NCBI GenBank assembly: GCA_051294375.1
Contig: CM119264.1
Coordinates: 21,275,930-21,339,929 of the forward strand
Length of the DNA: 64,000 nucleotides
Direction: 5' to 3'
Origin: Paraspadella gotoi
Lineage: Eukaryota; Animalia; Chaetognatha
The position numbers were made by a program, and so were the translations under genes. Position 1 is the stretch's first letter, and each line of letters opens with the position of its first letter. The notes beneath the pieces were generated by a model. It had not been told where the DNA came from, did no database searches, and was given only the letters and a program-made list of their open reading frames with translations. Below, piece after piece: positions 1 through 54,377 of the stretch.

Positions 1-89
1 CACACAGTAAACTGAGTAAGAAAAAAGGTTCGTAAAAGAAAAAGAAATTATGGTTCATCTTTATAAATATATTAGAAAAACAATAATAC

Positions 90-227
90 CCTGTTATATT
101 CTGCCAAGGCTTGTGGGATCAACTCCGGTCGATGTCGAAACGCCAAGTGACCGGTTAGCATGCAATGCGTCAAGTTGCTGTTGTAGAGTGGCAGTTCGAA
201 TTCGCTCCAGCTGCTGTTGATCGACAT
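90..227 (-). CDS. Possible first coding exon of a neighbouring gene (MSINSSWSEFELPLYNSNLTHCMLTGHLAFRHRPELIPQALAEYNR)
   Basis: AAAATG context, 46 complex codons, CAGG|GTATTA donor in phase 0; no recognisable domain. Confidence 0.35.
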
Positions 228-232
228 TTTCG

Positions 233-332
<100 letters not shown>

Positions 333-1359
333 TGATCTCAAAATAACACTGAGAAATATTCGCTGAAGTCAAGGATGGTGTTTCTTTCGTTTCTCGATAT
401 ATTTCGTCCTCAAAGGATCGCCTCTGTAGTTATTCGATTAGTTTTAAAATGCCAACTTCAGTTTCAAAAGCTCTGGGAGCCGTCACAATTTGGACGTTTA
501 ATTTTCGATTTTTTCGTCAATTTCATAGAATTCTTTTGTGACTAATTTTTTGTAATTCTTTTAATATTAGACTGTTTATCGAGGTTTGTTGTTGTTAATT
601 TTTTTGTTACGAGGGTTAATTCTATAGTTTTTTCGAGAAAAACTTTCAGGAACGAATAAAAGGCTGCGTTTCGTGGCCCGGATTGAAAAGACGGCTGTTA
701 CTCCCACTTTCGACCATTTCGCTGCTGCGGCGATGATAGGGATTAAGTACATACAGCACCAGACGCAGCTGTCTAATTATTTGTTTAATGCAAAAATAAA
801 ATTATTTTATTTCGTCAACGGCTAAGTTTTATCTTAGATCTGACCCAGGGGTGACTCAGCATTGTTATTGTTATCAGATGTGCTTCTACAGGATTAATGT
901 TTAATGTGTTTAATGCAGTAATAAAGAACTCCAAGTTTCTTGATGATTCTCTTGACCCTTTGAGGCTGAGGACTCAGCGGGCGAGTTAACCTTAATTTCA
1001 TTAGAACGGAGCGTAAAGGATCTTCGATTGATTAATGACCCTGTTAAACTTCAAGGTCATTTCAGTTGTGATTTCAAATGGTACATCTCACAGGGATCGT
1101 TTAGGTTTTCTTTCTTTATTCATATTAGATATTTCTGGGACACACAATTAATTTTAATGTTATGTTTTCTGTTTTTTATCGTAATTTCTGCTTTAAAATC
1201 GTTAAAAACAAACCAAATTTTAAAATTGTTTTATTATTTTTTTTTCGACGTCGATTTCCATGAGTCATGTTTCTATGATTAATTATCCTAATATGACCTA
1301 TTTATCATTGTTACATTTTTTTAGCCACTAGGAATGGATGAGAAAAAGTGTGACACGAC

Positions 1360-1365
1360 TTTATT
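1360..1365 (-). terminator. Candidate polyadenylation signal AATAAA of the Ig receptor gene
   Basis: First AATAAA on the minus strand, about 125 nt after the stop codon. Confidence 0.45.
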
Positions 1366-1490
1366 GTCGGCTCGGCCACACTTGAGAAGATTTTGATACT
1401 TGGTTCAAGCATTGTAAAACGTTACAACGGGATAACATGAATTTCCCTCAAACTCGTAAAAAAGTCTTCAAGTCCGTAATCCTTCGTCTT

Positions 1491-41249
<39,759 letters not shown>

Positions 41250-42810
41250 TTTCGGTGGCGATGGAGGAAGAGGATCGAAGGATGCGGAAGAGGAAGAGTA
41301 TTGTAGGAGGAAGGGGAAGAGGATCGTTAGACGCGGAAGAGGAAGAGGATCGATGAAGGTGAAAGAGGATCGTAGGAGGTAGAGGAAGGAGAGAATTATC
41401 GGATGTGGAACCGGAAAAATATCTTTGGAGTGGGAATAGGAAGAGGATCAATGGATCTTCGTAGGGGGGAGCTGGAAAAGTATCAAGGATGGTGGAAGAG
41501 AAAGGAGATCGTCCGAGACAGAAGAAAAAAATTGGTGGAAAAGAAATGACAGAAATCCGAGTTTAAGTAATTTTTTTTAACGTTACGCGTTGTAATTTGT
41601 GACGTTACTCTTTTCAATTTGTGAAGTCATCGCGACGGTTCAACGACCGTCGCTCATTATTTCTTTCCGCGGCGTCAAACGACGAGACGTTTTGACTGAT
41701 TGATTTGTCGTGTGTGTGTCGCGTCGCTAGGTTACTCTTCGAACGTCGCGGAGAAAATATTCGACGAATGACGCTGCGCGAATCGGCTACGTCTGTCGAT
41801 GAAATTTTATGACGTCTCAAGCTGCGGATTCATATGAAGAAGTTACATTTTGTGAGCGTAGAGAAGTCTTTATTTAAATAATTATTTTACATTTTACTGT
41901 TTCTCTTCGCTTGCGATTTCAATTTCAGGCGTATCCAAATAAAGCGGATTCAGACATAAAATCTGTATAAAAAAATGAAAAAAAAGTATCATTAACATGA
42001 AATTTATAATCTCCGTTGCTTTGACGTTAAATAGTAATCAATTTTTCCATATATTATGTTGTAAGTCGTAAAGAGAACGGGATAATGACGGTTAATTACT
42101 TCACGCGCTCGTGGAATCATAACCTCTCGTAAAAATCTCGCTTTTCTGAGTTTCTCTTAATCTTGATTGGGAACTTTGATTTTTGGAATAAGATGCCGAC
42201 TTCATTAGAAAGGAAAACTGTTCAATTTCCCAGCCGCGCGTCGTGGGGGGGGGGGCGAGTTTAAGTTAAAGGGAAGGAAGGTAAAGTAGGAGATTAGAAA
42301 ATCGCAGTTAAGCACTCGGCCTCTCTCCCCCCTCAGTCTGATGTGAGCAAGGACTGACTTTATTAGGAAGAAAAAAACTTTTCTCTCGACACGATCCGAG
42401 AATTTTCTCTAATTGACTTCGAGGAGAGGGAAAGGTAAAAAAAGGGAGAAAATCTCTAAAGAAATAACGAGTGCCTCAACTTGACGCTTAATTAGTAGGA
42501 TTGGAGGGTGGAACTTTTTTAAAAATTAAAAAACTTCTCTTGTTATGGAAAAGTGTGATGAAGGAAAGAAAGAGAAGGTGACGAAGAAATCAAGAAGTCA
42601 GAAAGGAAAGAAAAGGAGAGAAGGAAAAAAAAATATCGGCTTAAAAAAGTAGGTATTTGAATTAGAACAGATGGCACGACGGAGGAAGAGAAAAAAATAA
42701 AAAGGAGAAAAATAAAAGGGAGGTAAGGGGAGGAATGAGAAAAATAAAGAAAGAAAGAAGGAAAGAAAAAAAAGAAAGAAAGAAAGAAAGAAAGATGTAA
42801 AGAAATAAAA

Positions 42811-42886
<76 letters not shown>

Positions 42887-43403
42887 AAAAAGAAAAAAAG
42901 AAAAAAAGAAAAAAAGAAAGAGAGAAAGAAAGAAAGAAAAAAAAGAAAGAAAGTAAGGAAGTAAGGAAAAAGGCAATGAAAACACATCGAAAGAAGAAAA
43001 ATAAAAATAAAAAAAAGTACAGAAAAAAAGATAGAAAGACGGTAGAGAATAAGAAAAGAAAAGAATGATGCCTTGCGGAAAGGAAAATAGCAGACGTCCG
43101 ACGCTTGATTCATTTCTAGAATAATGGGAGGAATGAGGGAAGGAAGGAATGAGGGAAGGAAGGAATGAAGTATTTGCCGCGTGAACGGATGAACGGTCGA
43201 CCGTCTCATGATCGAGGAAAGGCGTCGTCAAACGACGCAAAAATTGTCAGACGCCGAAGAATTACACTTTAACATCTGGCGGTGAGCGTTTTACAACGAA
43301 TAACTTTGAAAAGACGCACGGTTAACAGTTTATATGTTTTATATCGCAGTTCTATTGACGACGTGTTTTGTTGCAAAATAATTTTTTTTTTTAAGATTTT
43401 ACG

Positions 43404-43461
43404 TTTTCGCGAAAATCCGATTTTTTTTTAAATTTGGCGCGCGCGAGGTTGTCATGGCAAC
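43404..43461. promoter_or_regulatory. Motif cluster: RFX X-box plus E2F-like sites
   Basis: GTTGTCATGGCAAC (43448-43461), TTTGGCGC (43433-43440), TTTTCGCGAAAA (43404-43415), about 2.2 kb upstream of the ATG. Confidence 0.45.
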
Positions 43462-44359
43462 CAAGTAGAAAGGACGACGGAGGGCACGCGCAGGTAAACG
43501 AAAATAAATATGTCTGCGCTTTCATCGTGTCCAAAGAAAATGTCGACGTTACGCAAATAGCAAACTTTTTTTTTCAAAAATGTGTTTAAAGGTATAAGAT
43601 TGATTAAATATTCAGTTAAAAAAAATTAAGAATTCTTTAATTAAAGTTCGTAGCATAGAATTGTTGTTTTATTTGGCTTTTTATCTAATTTTTTCCACTC
43701 TAATCCGCGATACAAAAGATAATCTATACTATACTCCTGTCTTCTCTTTTTGGAATCTTTGGAATTTTCGTCAGCTCAGGTTAGAAAACGGTGTCCAAGT
43801 GAAAAGGAAAGAAATCCCCAGCGTTCATCTTTCCCAGGAACATCGGTCGTGAATCAAACCTTCACCAAATTTACGATCGTCTTTTGTTTATTTGGCTCCG
43901 GCGCTTTTTTTCCCGCCACTTCTCGTTCTACCATCTCGATCGAGCGCCCACTGACCCGTCATGGTTACCTTGGGTCTTCTCTTTTGCCACAAGGCCACAC
44001 GATCAACATCAGATAAGTGAATCACTCACTCCAAACGCATCAACTGACTACAAAACTTCTGTACCCACCGTGAACTTTTCGCCCTTTGTAGGCTTACCCT
44101 TAATCCTCTCTTCACCCTATGTATCTCCCAGCCAAAGCTTTTCCCACCTCTATACCATCTTATTCCACCCAATCGCCCTCTTTCACCACCCTTTCGCCCT
44201 CTTTGCCTGCCCCTTCACCACTGTCGACGCCCTCTTGAGCTTCGCGGGAAACGTCCCCACGTCTTCGCATCACTTAACTCTCCTCGTAAAACGTTGGAGA
44301 CGCAGGTCCTAAAAAAAAGGAACAAAAGAACAAAGGGAAGAAAAAGAAAAGAATCAAGA

Positions 44360-44489
<130 letters not shown>

Positions 44490-44617
44490 GAAAGCGGAGA
44501 TGTACCGGAATTCGAAAAGAAGCTCGGAATGCAACAGGAGAAGAAAATGAAATAAACAACTTTCAGCAAAAAATGTCGGATCTGCCTACGATAATTAAGC
44601 GGTAATTAATTAATTAA

Positions 44618-44697
<80 letters not shown>

Positions 44698-44764
44698 ATA
44701 CTATAGTAGAAATAATTACAAAAAAGTACAAATAATTTTTTTAACTATTATTATTTTAACTACT

Positions 44765-45008
44765 GGCATCATTTTTTTAATCACACAATTTTTTCATCTT
44801 GCATCATTTTTTTTTAACTTGCACCAATTTTTCAACTTGCATCATTTTTTTTAAATTTCATACTTTTTTCAACTTGCATACTTTTTTTAACTTGCATCAT
44901 TTTTTTAACTCGCATCATTTTTTCAACTTGCATCTTTTTTTCAACTTGCATCATTTTTTCAACTTGCATTATTCTTTCAACTTGCATCATTCTTTCAACT
45001 TGTATCAT
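44765..45008. repeat. 18-bp minisatellite (TTCAACTTGCATCATTTT)n, about 13 copies
   Basis: Direct inspection; inverted units recur at about 45495-45545. Confidence 0.9.
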
Positions 45009-45230
45009 TGGCATTGCCTAGGTTCACCCCGCCTATAACTTATACTAAGTATAAGTATGACACTTTCAGATGTGACCCGGTGGCTGATTGAGTAAAGCCA
45101 TCAGCTCATGACCACTCATCCCAACCTGCTACCTACCCTGCGGGAAGCGTGAGGACGGCCGTAAGCCACCTTGGGGGTGTGGCAAACCGTCAAGCCTGGT
45201 TCCAAGCCCAGGACCCGTTCCATGGCTGCT
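45009..45230 (+). mobile_element. Short interspersed element carrying twister family A (second copy about 36050-36270)
   Basis: Two diverged ~220-bp copies sharing GTTCACCCCGCCTATAA...CCCAGGACCCGTTCCATGGCTG. Confidence 0.75.
45140..45218 (+). ncRNA. Type-P5 twister-like motif, family A
   Basis: GCGGG-AA-GCGT-GA-GGA-CGGCCG-T^AA-GCC-ACCT-[P3 hairpin]-A-GC-CTGG-T-TCC-AA-GC-CCAG-GA-CCCGT. Confidence 0.75.
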
Positions 45231-45232
45231 TA

Positions 45233-45347
45233 GGGTGTTTCACCCAAATTTAAAAAGTTTTCAGATATTAATTTACATCTAGGAAAATATGTTGGGAGGT
45301 AAAAAAATAAGATTGTACTACTTTTTGTCAAAATTGGTGCAACACCC
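45233..45347. mobile_element. PIF/Harbinger (Tourist-like) MITE inserted in the tail of the family A element
   Basis: TIR GGGTGTT(T/G)CACC..., TTA duplication on both sides. Confidence 0.75.
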
Positions 45348-47707
45348 TTAGTGCTACCCTCGCCTAAAGGTTAAAAAAGCACACCTTGGGCACATTTTCG
45401 TCAATTGACTGAATCCTAGTGAGCCAATCCACGTCCATTGGCTGCTATAGGGGGTTATAGAAGATACGCATAATTAATTAATTAAGTAAAGTGAAAAAAT
45501 GATGTAATTTTAAAAAATGATGCAAGTTAAAAAATGATATCATTTTTTCACTTTACCTAATTAAATAATTTATTTAAACATTTATGAGTAAGCATAAATA
45601 ATAAAGATTCAAGTAAATGTAGCTTAAGTTTTTTCCATCTAAACTCATTTCCACTGGTAAAATTCCATCGAAACTTTATATATAGCTTCGTCACACAAAC
45701 ACACAAAATTTAGACTCAATCTTTTAATTCAATTATGATTAATTCGAGTAATTATGGGTTAAAATAAGTAAAAAGATTTTAGTAAATGCGACTTATGTTT
45801 TTTTCCATTTAAACTCATTTCCAATCGCACGATTCCATCGAAACTTTATATCCAGATCAATCACACACTTTGCTACCCACACACAAAATTTCAATCCAAT
45901 CCAACCATCCAATCACGAGTAATTGGAGTTTACTGCTAAGGTGGGACGGACAGACAGACGGACAGACGGACAGACGGACGGCTGGACAGACGGACGGAAG
46001 GACGGACATCATTTTTTAGCATAATTTATCACAATTTGATGTTCTGACATGATATAAGTGAATGCACGACTAGATTGAGGGGGCGGACCGACGGGCCGAC
46101 AAAGTGGATTATAGAGTCGGGATCTGCTGATAAGCAGATCCGACTAAAACAGTTTTGAGGGGAAAAAAAGGAAATTCTTTTGGGAGTAAAACGATTTAGA
46201 TTTGAATGAAAAACAACCTGCAGGCAACAGATAAAACAAAACAGAATATAAACGAAAAACGTATGCGACAGCAAACGAAAAAAAATGTAGATAGAAGTGT
46301 GATTGTAAAGCTTATATAATAAATAAATTAATAAATTATAATAAATTAAATAAATACAAAAAGGTTTTTTTTAATTTTTAACAGTTCACTTTGAGTCCAC
46401 GCTATCTTCTTTCTGCCATTCCCTTGCCAATCTTGTGCCATTTCCCTTGCCATTCCCCGTGCATGGAACCGACGAGTCTCGCTCCTTAATCGTCGGCCTC
46501 ATGATTCAACGATAAACCGAATTGAATATTCAAATCGAACGGCGACTTGGTTCAGCGATTCGCCGTTCCTTCCATCCTGAATATGGAGAGAAGAACGTTG
46601 AGAATAGAGTTTAAACTTTAAAACCTTCATCTCGTAAAACATATGATTATACGAAATAATTGGGTAAAATAAAAAAGGAATTTAGTGACAACGTCCTACC
46701 AAAATGTGATTGGAAACAAGGCGTTTACTATGGATGTATAACAATAATAAATAGTCTCTTTCCCAATATTACAGTTATTTTTTCTTCATTGTACAATGTA
46801 CAATGTACAATATGGTTCTGCACTGTCACCGATTGAGTGGAGCAGAGAATGAAACGAAGGAAGATTGGCGGCTGGAAACGGCCCAAGGTCTCGACCTCTT
46901 TGAAAGGTCAACGTGAAAAGATGATCGCTTTGTCTGCCGCAAAGCCTATTCGCATCAATGATGTTGCCTTTTAGGTCACTTTCTTATTCATATGTTCAAT
47001 TCGGTTTATTTATTCAATTTCAATAACGTTCTATATTTTAAAAACTTTTAGTAATCTACTTTTTATATCGACAATAAAACGGCGCCTGAAAAACCATCAC
47101 TTTGATCAGAATATTTTTTTTTCAAAAAGAGCAAAAAAAAAAGTATCACAGTTCGACTCTTGGTATCGAGAGAAAATAAAACTAAAATGTGAAACATGAA
47201 AACCAAAAATTTTTTAATGAATTTTTCCGTTTTCTTTTCTTTTCTTTTTTTTCCCGTTTTCTCTGATTAAATGCAAAATTCTTTGGGCGCAAAAGAGACG
47301 AAGGCGCGAACCGCATTAGAGGGAAATTTAGGAGAAAAGAAGGCAAATAAAAAGAATCGAGAAAAAAAAAGAAGGAAAAATGAGAAAAAATCGGGGGAGG
47401 GAGGAAAGAAAAAGAGGAGAGAGAAAAAAAAACGTGAGAGGGGAGAAAGGAAAGAAAAGGGGGACAAATAAAAATCTTGGAGCGAAAAAATAGTAGCCCA
47501 AAGCAAAGAACGAAAGGAAAGAAAGAAAGAGAAAAAAAATCCAGACGCCATTTTATTTTGCTTAACCGATGAGGGCGGTTCATGTCATGAGCACAATTTC
47601 ATAACAAAAGACTCCATTAGCAGTAAGACTGGGATTCATGACTAATTCTCCAACGTGGTGTTGGTGCGTTCGTAGGAGAAAGTGGATATAGAGAAGAAAG
47701 TGGAGGT

Positions 47708-47775
<68 letters not shown>

Positions 47776-48390
47776 TGAAAGTGATGGTAAGCGCTGGTAA
47801 GAGAAGCCAAAGGATTTTTTCGCGGCCCGCACTTTATACACTTAATATACAGTCGGACCAATGAGAAAAAGGAGAGCGCTCAGCCACGGTTTAAGCGGCT
47901 AAGAATTTAAGATAAATGACTCGGGGATAAGGGAGAAGAGAAAAAAAATCGCGGCGAGGAAATAAAAAGTAGAAATGTGTGGGGCCTTTTGGACGGAGGA
48001 AGCGAGAGAGGGAAGTGGGGGAACGATGAAGTGGAATCTGATGAGGAGAAAGAAAAAGCAAAGAAGATAGGAAGAAATTAGATGAAGATAAATAAAAAGC
48101 AAAGAAGATAGGAAAAAATCTGATGAAGAGAAAGACTAAAGCCGGAGGGAGGAAAGAGAGAGAGAGAGAGACATTGATATGTAGAAGAGGAAGGGAAGGG
48201 GCGAGGATCACGTGAATGAATGAAAATCAAAGGGGGGAAATTATGAAACGGAAAAGACCAAAAGATGAAGAAAGAAAGAGAAAAAAAAGGAGAAAAATGA
48301 AAAATCCGTCAGATGGCAAAAGAGAAGGGTTTAAAAGAACGCATAAATATATGATCTATCTTGAAAAAAGATGTCAATGATAAAATTAGT

Positions 48391-48559
<169 letters not shown>

Positions 48560-49112
48560 GCATAAGTGTAAAACGAAATAGTAAAAACGACTGAAAATGA
48601 CGAGAGAAACGGAAAAGAAAACGGATGGAGAGAGAGAAAAAAATGGAGAGCAGACGGGAAGTACATCTGCGAATTCGTGACTCTTCTGCTTTTGACGTGA
48701 GAAATGGTGGAAAACGCGGGAGAGTCACGTGACGGCGAACTGTGGATCGCGTGATACCTGGAATGGACTCGGTGGTCTGGACTTTTCATAGACTTTGTGT
48801 TAATAATAATCTTTTAAGTGATGAAATTATATTTATATTATACGAAGCACATTTGTTTTGTGTCGACCGATTATATATATATAATTATATATATATTATA
48901 TTATATAATAATTATATATATATAATTATATAATATATATTATATATATTACCAATATAAATAAAAATATGCATTCAGAATAGACGCAAAATGTACATAA
49001 TAGAAGGGCAAGATTATAGCTATCATTAATTTTTACTGAAAAAAATTAAGAATAACAAAAACTAAAAAGCTAGGCGGAATGAAAAAAAAATATTGCCATA
49101 AAATGTTCGCTA

Positions 49113-49972
49113 AAATGAATTCCGACTACTAAATATGCCGTGAAAAGTACTAAGAAAGGATGCCGTAAAGCCTGATATCAACAGTTAAGAATGAATTATT
49201 ATTTAATTAATTTAATAACAATTAAAATGAATTCCGACTACTAAATATGCCGTGAAAAGTACTAAGAAAGGATGCTGTAAAGCCTGATATCAACAGTTAA
49301 GAATGAATTAATTATTTAATTAATTTAATAACAATTAAAATGAATTCCAACTACTAAATATGCCGTGAAAAGTACTAAGAAAGGATGCTGTAAAGCCTGA
49401 TATCAACAGTTAAGAATGAATTAATTATTTAATTAATTTAATAACAATTTAAATGAATTCCGACTACTAAATATGCCGTGAAAAGTACTAAGAAAGGATG
49501 CTGTAAAGCCTGATATCAACAGTTAAGAATGATTATATTATTTAATTAATTTAATAACATTTAAATGAATTCTGACTAACTAAATATGCCGTGAAAAGTA
49601 CTAAGAAAGGATGCTGTAAAGCCTGATATCAACAGTTAGAATGAATTAATTATTTAATTAATTTAATAAAATTAAAATGAATTCCAACTACTAAAATATG
49701 CCGTGAAAAGTACTAAGAAAGGATGCTGTAAAGCCTGATATCAACAGTTAAGAATGAATTAATTATTTAATTAATTTAATAACAATTTAAATGAATTCGA
49801 CTACTAAATATGCCGTAAAAGTACTAAGAAAGGATGCTGTAAAGCCTGATATCAACAGTTAAGAATGAATTAATTATTTAATTAATTTAATAACAATTTA
49901 AATGAATTCCGACTACTAAATATGCCGTCAAAAGTAACTAAGAAAGGATGCCGTAAAGCCTGATATCAACAA
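49113..49972. repeat. Tandem array, ~113-bp unit, about 7.6 copies
   Basis: ATGAATTCCGACTACTAAATATGCCGTGAAAAGTACTAAG... recurs at about 49115, 49227, 49340, 49453, 49565, 49677, 49791 and 49902. Confidence 0.95.
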
Positions 49973-50957
49973 TTTAAATTCGTTTCCTGTTCATGCAAAT
50001 GTTTTATTCATTAATTCATGAAAAAAAAACTTTTTCCCTCAGGAAAAAAACAACCTGTGACGAACATGGTGAATAAAATGACTGCGTAGATCCGCAGTTT
50101 TATCTTCGGGGTTCTTTGCATTTTTTTCTACCCAGAGCTGTCCTAGTGTCGGACGCTATCATCTCGCTACCAACTCCCCGAAGAAAAAAATAAAGAAATC
50201 CATAGCCTTTGTCGCCATTTTCATTTCATTGCATCCCATCAAAACCCTTCCGTCCCTCCATCTGTAACCATGGCGGATTCTGAGTAGAAGAAGCATAGAC
50301 TCCAATGGTCATAAAATGTAATCAAGTAAATATGATACAAGAAACAAAGAGAAACAGGAAGTAAAACTGTAAAACAAAATGAGGCACAAATCATGAATAA
50401 GGCACGTAGTATAAAGTAAACATAATAGTAGAAAGAACCAAATAAATGTCTATTGTCTATAAAAAAGTCCATGAGTATAACTTATAACTTATAACTTAAA
50501 ACTTACTATAAGGTCGACGATCCTGAAGGAGAGAAGCCATGAGCGTAACCGTAACACATCCATCCGTCCATCCGTCCATCCGTTTCTGACTGACGACAGT
50601 AACGACGATGTCGGCGTCGGGAACGATAATTTCGATCCAACATGAAATTGAAAACAAAAAGTAAAAAACGAAAGAAAAAAAAACGAGGCTTACGCCGCCT
50701 GGAAAACGACAACAACGACAACGAAAAATCAACTCGAGCGACAGGAGTGAACAGCATCGAAAAACTGAGAAGCCGTTGGTGGCGTTGCACGGAATGCAAT
50801 GACTCGTTTTGGTGGCGAAGATGACGTTCGTCATCAGCGAAGATAATCGCCGTCGCGAAGATGAAGATGATTATAATCAACGAGAAAAAAGACAAGAGGA
50901 TCATAACAAGAACAGCAAAAGCAACAACAAAACAATAACAACGACAATAACAAGAAC

Positions 50958-51083
<126 letters not shown>

Positions 51084-51170
51084 AATATTAATAATAATAT
51101 TAATAAAACTAAGACGTTTCTCTCTGTGATGACGTCGATGAGGGCAGCGATGACAGGAATGGAACACCAG

Positions 51171-51209
<39 letters not shown>

Positions 51210-52057
51210 TTCTGATATTTCATCTTTTCTCTCGACAGAAGAATACAAATGTGAGGGAGGAGGCGGAGACGTGAGACCTTGAACTTGACGCACCTTCATT
51301 TTTCATTCTCGTCTGCTTCTCTGTGTTACCCCTGCCCGTCTCCATGGCGACCAAGGTTACAAGGATTTCCTCATTTCGGTCTTTGGAATTGAATTAGTTT
51401 ATGTTGTCGTCCGTTTCGATGTTGTTCTTATTTATTCTTGTGTTCAATTAAATAAAAAAAAAATTATCTGGTTTTTGTTTATAAAACATTATTTTCATTT
51501 TTATTGAAAAAATAAGGGCTTTTCGTGCTGTCGACAAAACCATATCTAGTATTTTTTGTGTTTTACTATTTTTTTTTATCATTGTTAAATCTACTCGCAT
51601 TATGATTTTTTATGAATTATTTATTGTCGCTTTCGAGTTTCTTGTCATTTCAACATTTTTCTCTAACACTCTAATCCTCTCATTATTTTGTTCTTTGTTT
51701 TTTATAACACTACAGTTACCTTATCATACATTTTACTACAGTTTCTTCTTTACGAACGGCGCTCCTTGCTTTCTTTTTCTTTTTCTCTTTCGAACTCCAC
51801 TTTTTGTTTTCCTTTGTTTTTTCCCCATTTATGTTTGATTTCTTCATCTCCTTTTCTCACTTCACATTTCTTTCTTTTTTTACTTTTATTTTTTTCCTCT
51901 GTTCTTGTTTCCCTATTTCTTCTTCGTCTCACTGCACTTTTTTTACTCTCTATTTTGACATCGTTATTTCTCGACGGGGAAAAACACCAAAAGAATGTAA
52001 ATGGTTGACAATGAATCAATATTCTCTCTCGGCTCCATCGGGGCCTGAAAAAAGGAG

Positions 52058-52134
<77 letters not shown>

Positions 52135-53133
52135 GAGAGAGAGAAGCGATTGAGGTACAAAACGTTCGCGACTTATATTTTGAAATCGTAAAAATTCGAA
52201 AAAATCTCTTTAAAATTTTGAAAAATAAATTGAGCTTGATAAAAACGCGACTAAATTCTACTACTTGTTAACTTGATTATGAGCATGATTAATTAATATT
52301 TATCTTACATAAATATAGACAATATATAAAATTTAAGAAAAATTATCACAATATAAAAAAAAATATTAAGAAAGCAGAAATTATGCTATTTATAAGGAGA
52401 AATGGTGTGAATTAAAGCAATAGTAAAACCCAGGACCAAAAACACGAATAATAAGAAAAAGAGAGAAGAAAAAGATAAAGTAGAATAGATGAAAGAGATG
52501 GAAGAAGGGAGAGGAATATAAAAAAAGAAAAAAGAGGGAGAGAGAGAAAGCTATGAAGAAAGAAAGAAGCATAAAGAAAGAGAGGAATAAAAAAGGCTGG
52601 CGTTGGCTGGCGTTGGTTGAATGCCAGAAGCGTAAAACTTTCTCGCCGCCAGGAGTAAAAATCCGGATGACGCCTTTGGAGCCGCGAGAAAGGGGACAAA
52701 GGGAAGGACAACGGGGAAAAAGGGAGGACAAAGAGGATGATTGAGGGAGTAGGGAAAGGACAAAGTATATCGTGGGACTTTTGAAGAAATGAAATTGGGA
52801 AGAAGTTAAAAAGTGAATAAAATGAAGAGGGCGGTGATGGTCATTGAGATTTTGGTTTTAAACAAAATTACTTGTCCAGTGCGGAGGTCAAGTAAAGCAG
52901 ACGTACAAGAGAACTTGTCCACAACTGAATGACAAGAAGGACAAAAAGTAAGTACAAGCGGAAAAAAAGGAAAGTAAAAGGAGGAAGATGATGAATGAGG
53001 ACTCGAGCGAGATACGAGATGCGAGATGCGAGGGGAAAACTAAAATGATAAGAGGGAGAATCGGAATTACGAAGAGTGTGATGACATTAACTATTAAACT
53101 TGAGACACGAGCTTTGGAAGAATAAAGGACGAA

Positions 53134-53233
<100 letters not shown>

Positions 53234-53294
53234 GACTCCGTCTAGAGCAAACTAAGTACCCGAATGAAAAAAAGAAGTGAATGCCGTAGTTGTA

Positions 53295-53295
<1 letters not shown>

Positions 53296-53363
<68 letters not shown>

Positions 53364-53386
53364 GTTGTTGTTTGTTGTTGTGTTGT

Positions 53387-53417
<31 letters not shown>
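53296..53417. repeat. (GTT)n microsatellite
   Basis: Direct inspection. Confidence 0.95.
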
Positions 53418-53418
<1 letters not shown>

Positions 53419-53665
53419 CTCATCGTCGTCTTTAAAAAAGTAAAAATAAAAATGAGGTGAAGGAAAAAATATGATTTTTAAAAAGAGTATTCCGAAGAGT
53501 AAACAAACAAAAGGTAAAGCTGAGAATAAAAGTGCAGCGTGGACGAGTCCTAAAAAATGGAACTCGCAGAAACAAACGCGGTCCGACGAAAAAAAATCGT
53601 TAAATTGTCAGATTTTGGGATTTTAAAGAGGAAAAGGAAAACCCATCAAATTCTCTCTTGGAGAG

Positions 53666-53753
<88 letters not shown>

Positions 53754-53864
53754 CTCATGCAGACCACTTTCGAGAAAAAAAGAAAATTGGAAATACCCGG
53801 AAAAACAAAAAAAAAACAAGGAAACGAAGCAAAACGAACTAAAGAGAGAGAGAGAGATAAAGAT

Positions 53865-53954
<90 letters not shown>

Positions 53955-54327
53955 TACGTGACCTCCCAAGGGTCACAGTCGCGCGACGAGGTTGTTGCGA
54001 CATCCAGATTTTCCCTGCAATTTTAAGTTGAGTCCAGTTTCAGTTTCAGAGTTTGTTTTATAAAACTTCTCTATTCTTTGTTTTCTTTTCAATTCTTTTC
54101 AATTCTAAATGCCAGAATAAACTGGACTGTGAGAGAGGTTTTCTGAGTCCTGCCCCTTTAAAATTAAAGTTAAATCCTTTACCAGACATTAAGCTCCGGT
54201 AACTCTTTTTGAATCTCATTTCCGCAGGCCAACGTATGTAACGATTCCAACGGCGACGAACCGAGACAACCGAACTCCGAATCGAGAGAATGAAAAATGG
54301 TGAGACGACGATTCGGAACCCGAGGGC

Positions 54328-54377
<50 letters not shown>

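Larger units (their letters stand above)
44554..46149 (-). mobile_element. DINE-1-like / HINE element, copy 2, with nested insertions
   Basis: Same termini, core, (GGAC/AGAC)n tract and central repeats as copy 1. Confidence 0.78.

Noticed and set aside
46390-46576. Possible upstream 5'UTR exon (strong tttcag acceptor, short uORF)
   Set aside because: Weak donor and no independent support without transcript data
49113-49972. Regular ~113-bp array, considered as a CRISPR-like or hammerhead-retrozyme array
   Set aside because: Units are wholly repeated with no unique spacers, there is no CTGANGA...GAAA core, and the context is eukaryotic; an ordinary minisatellite
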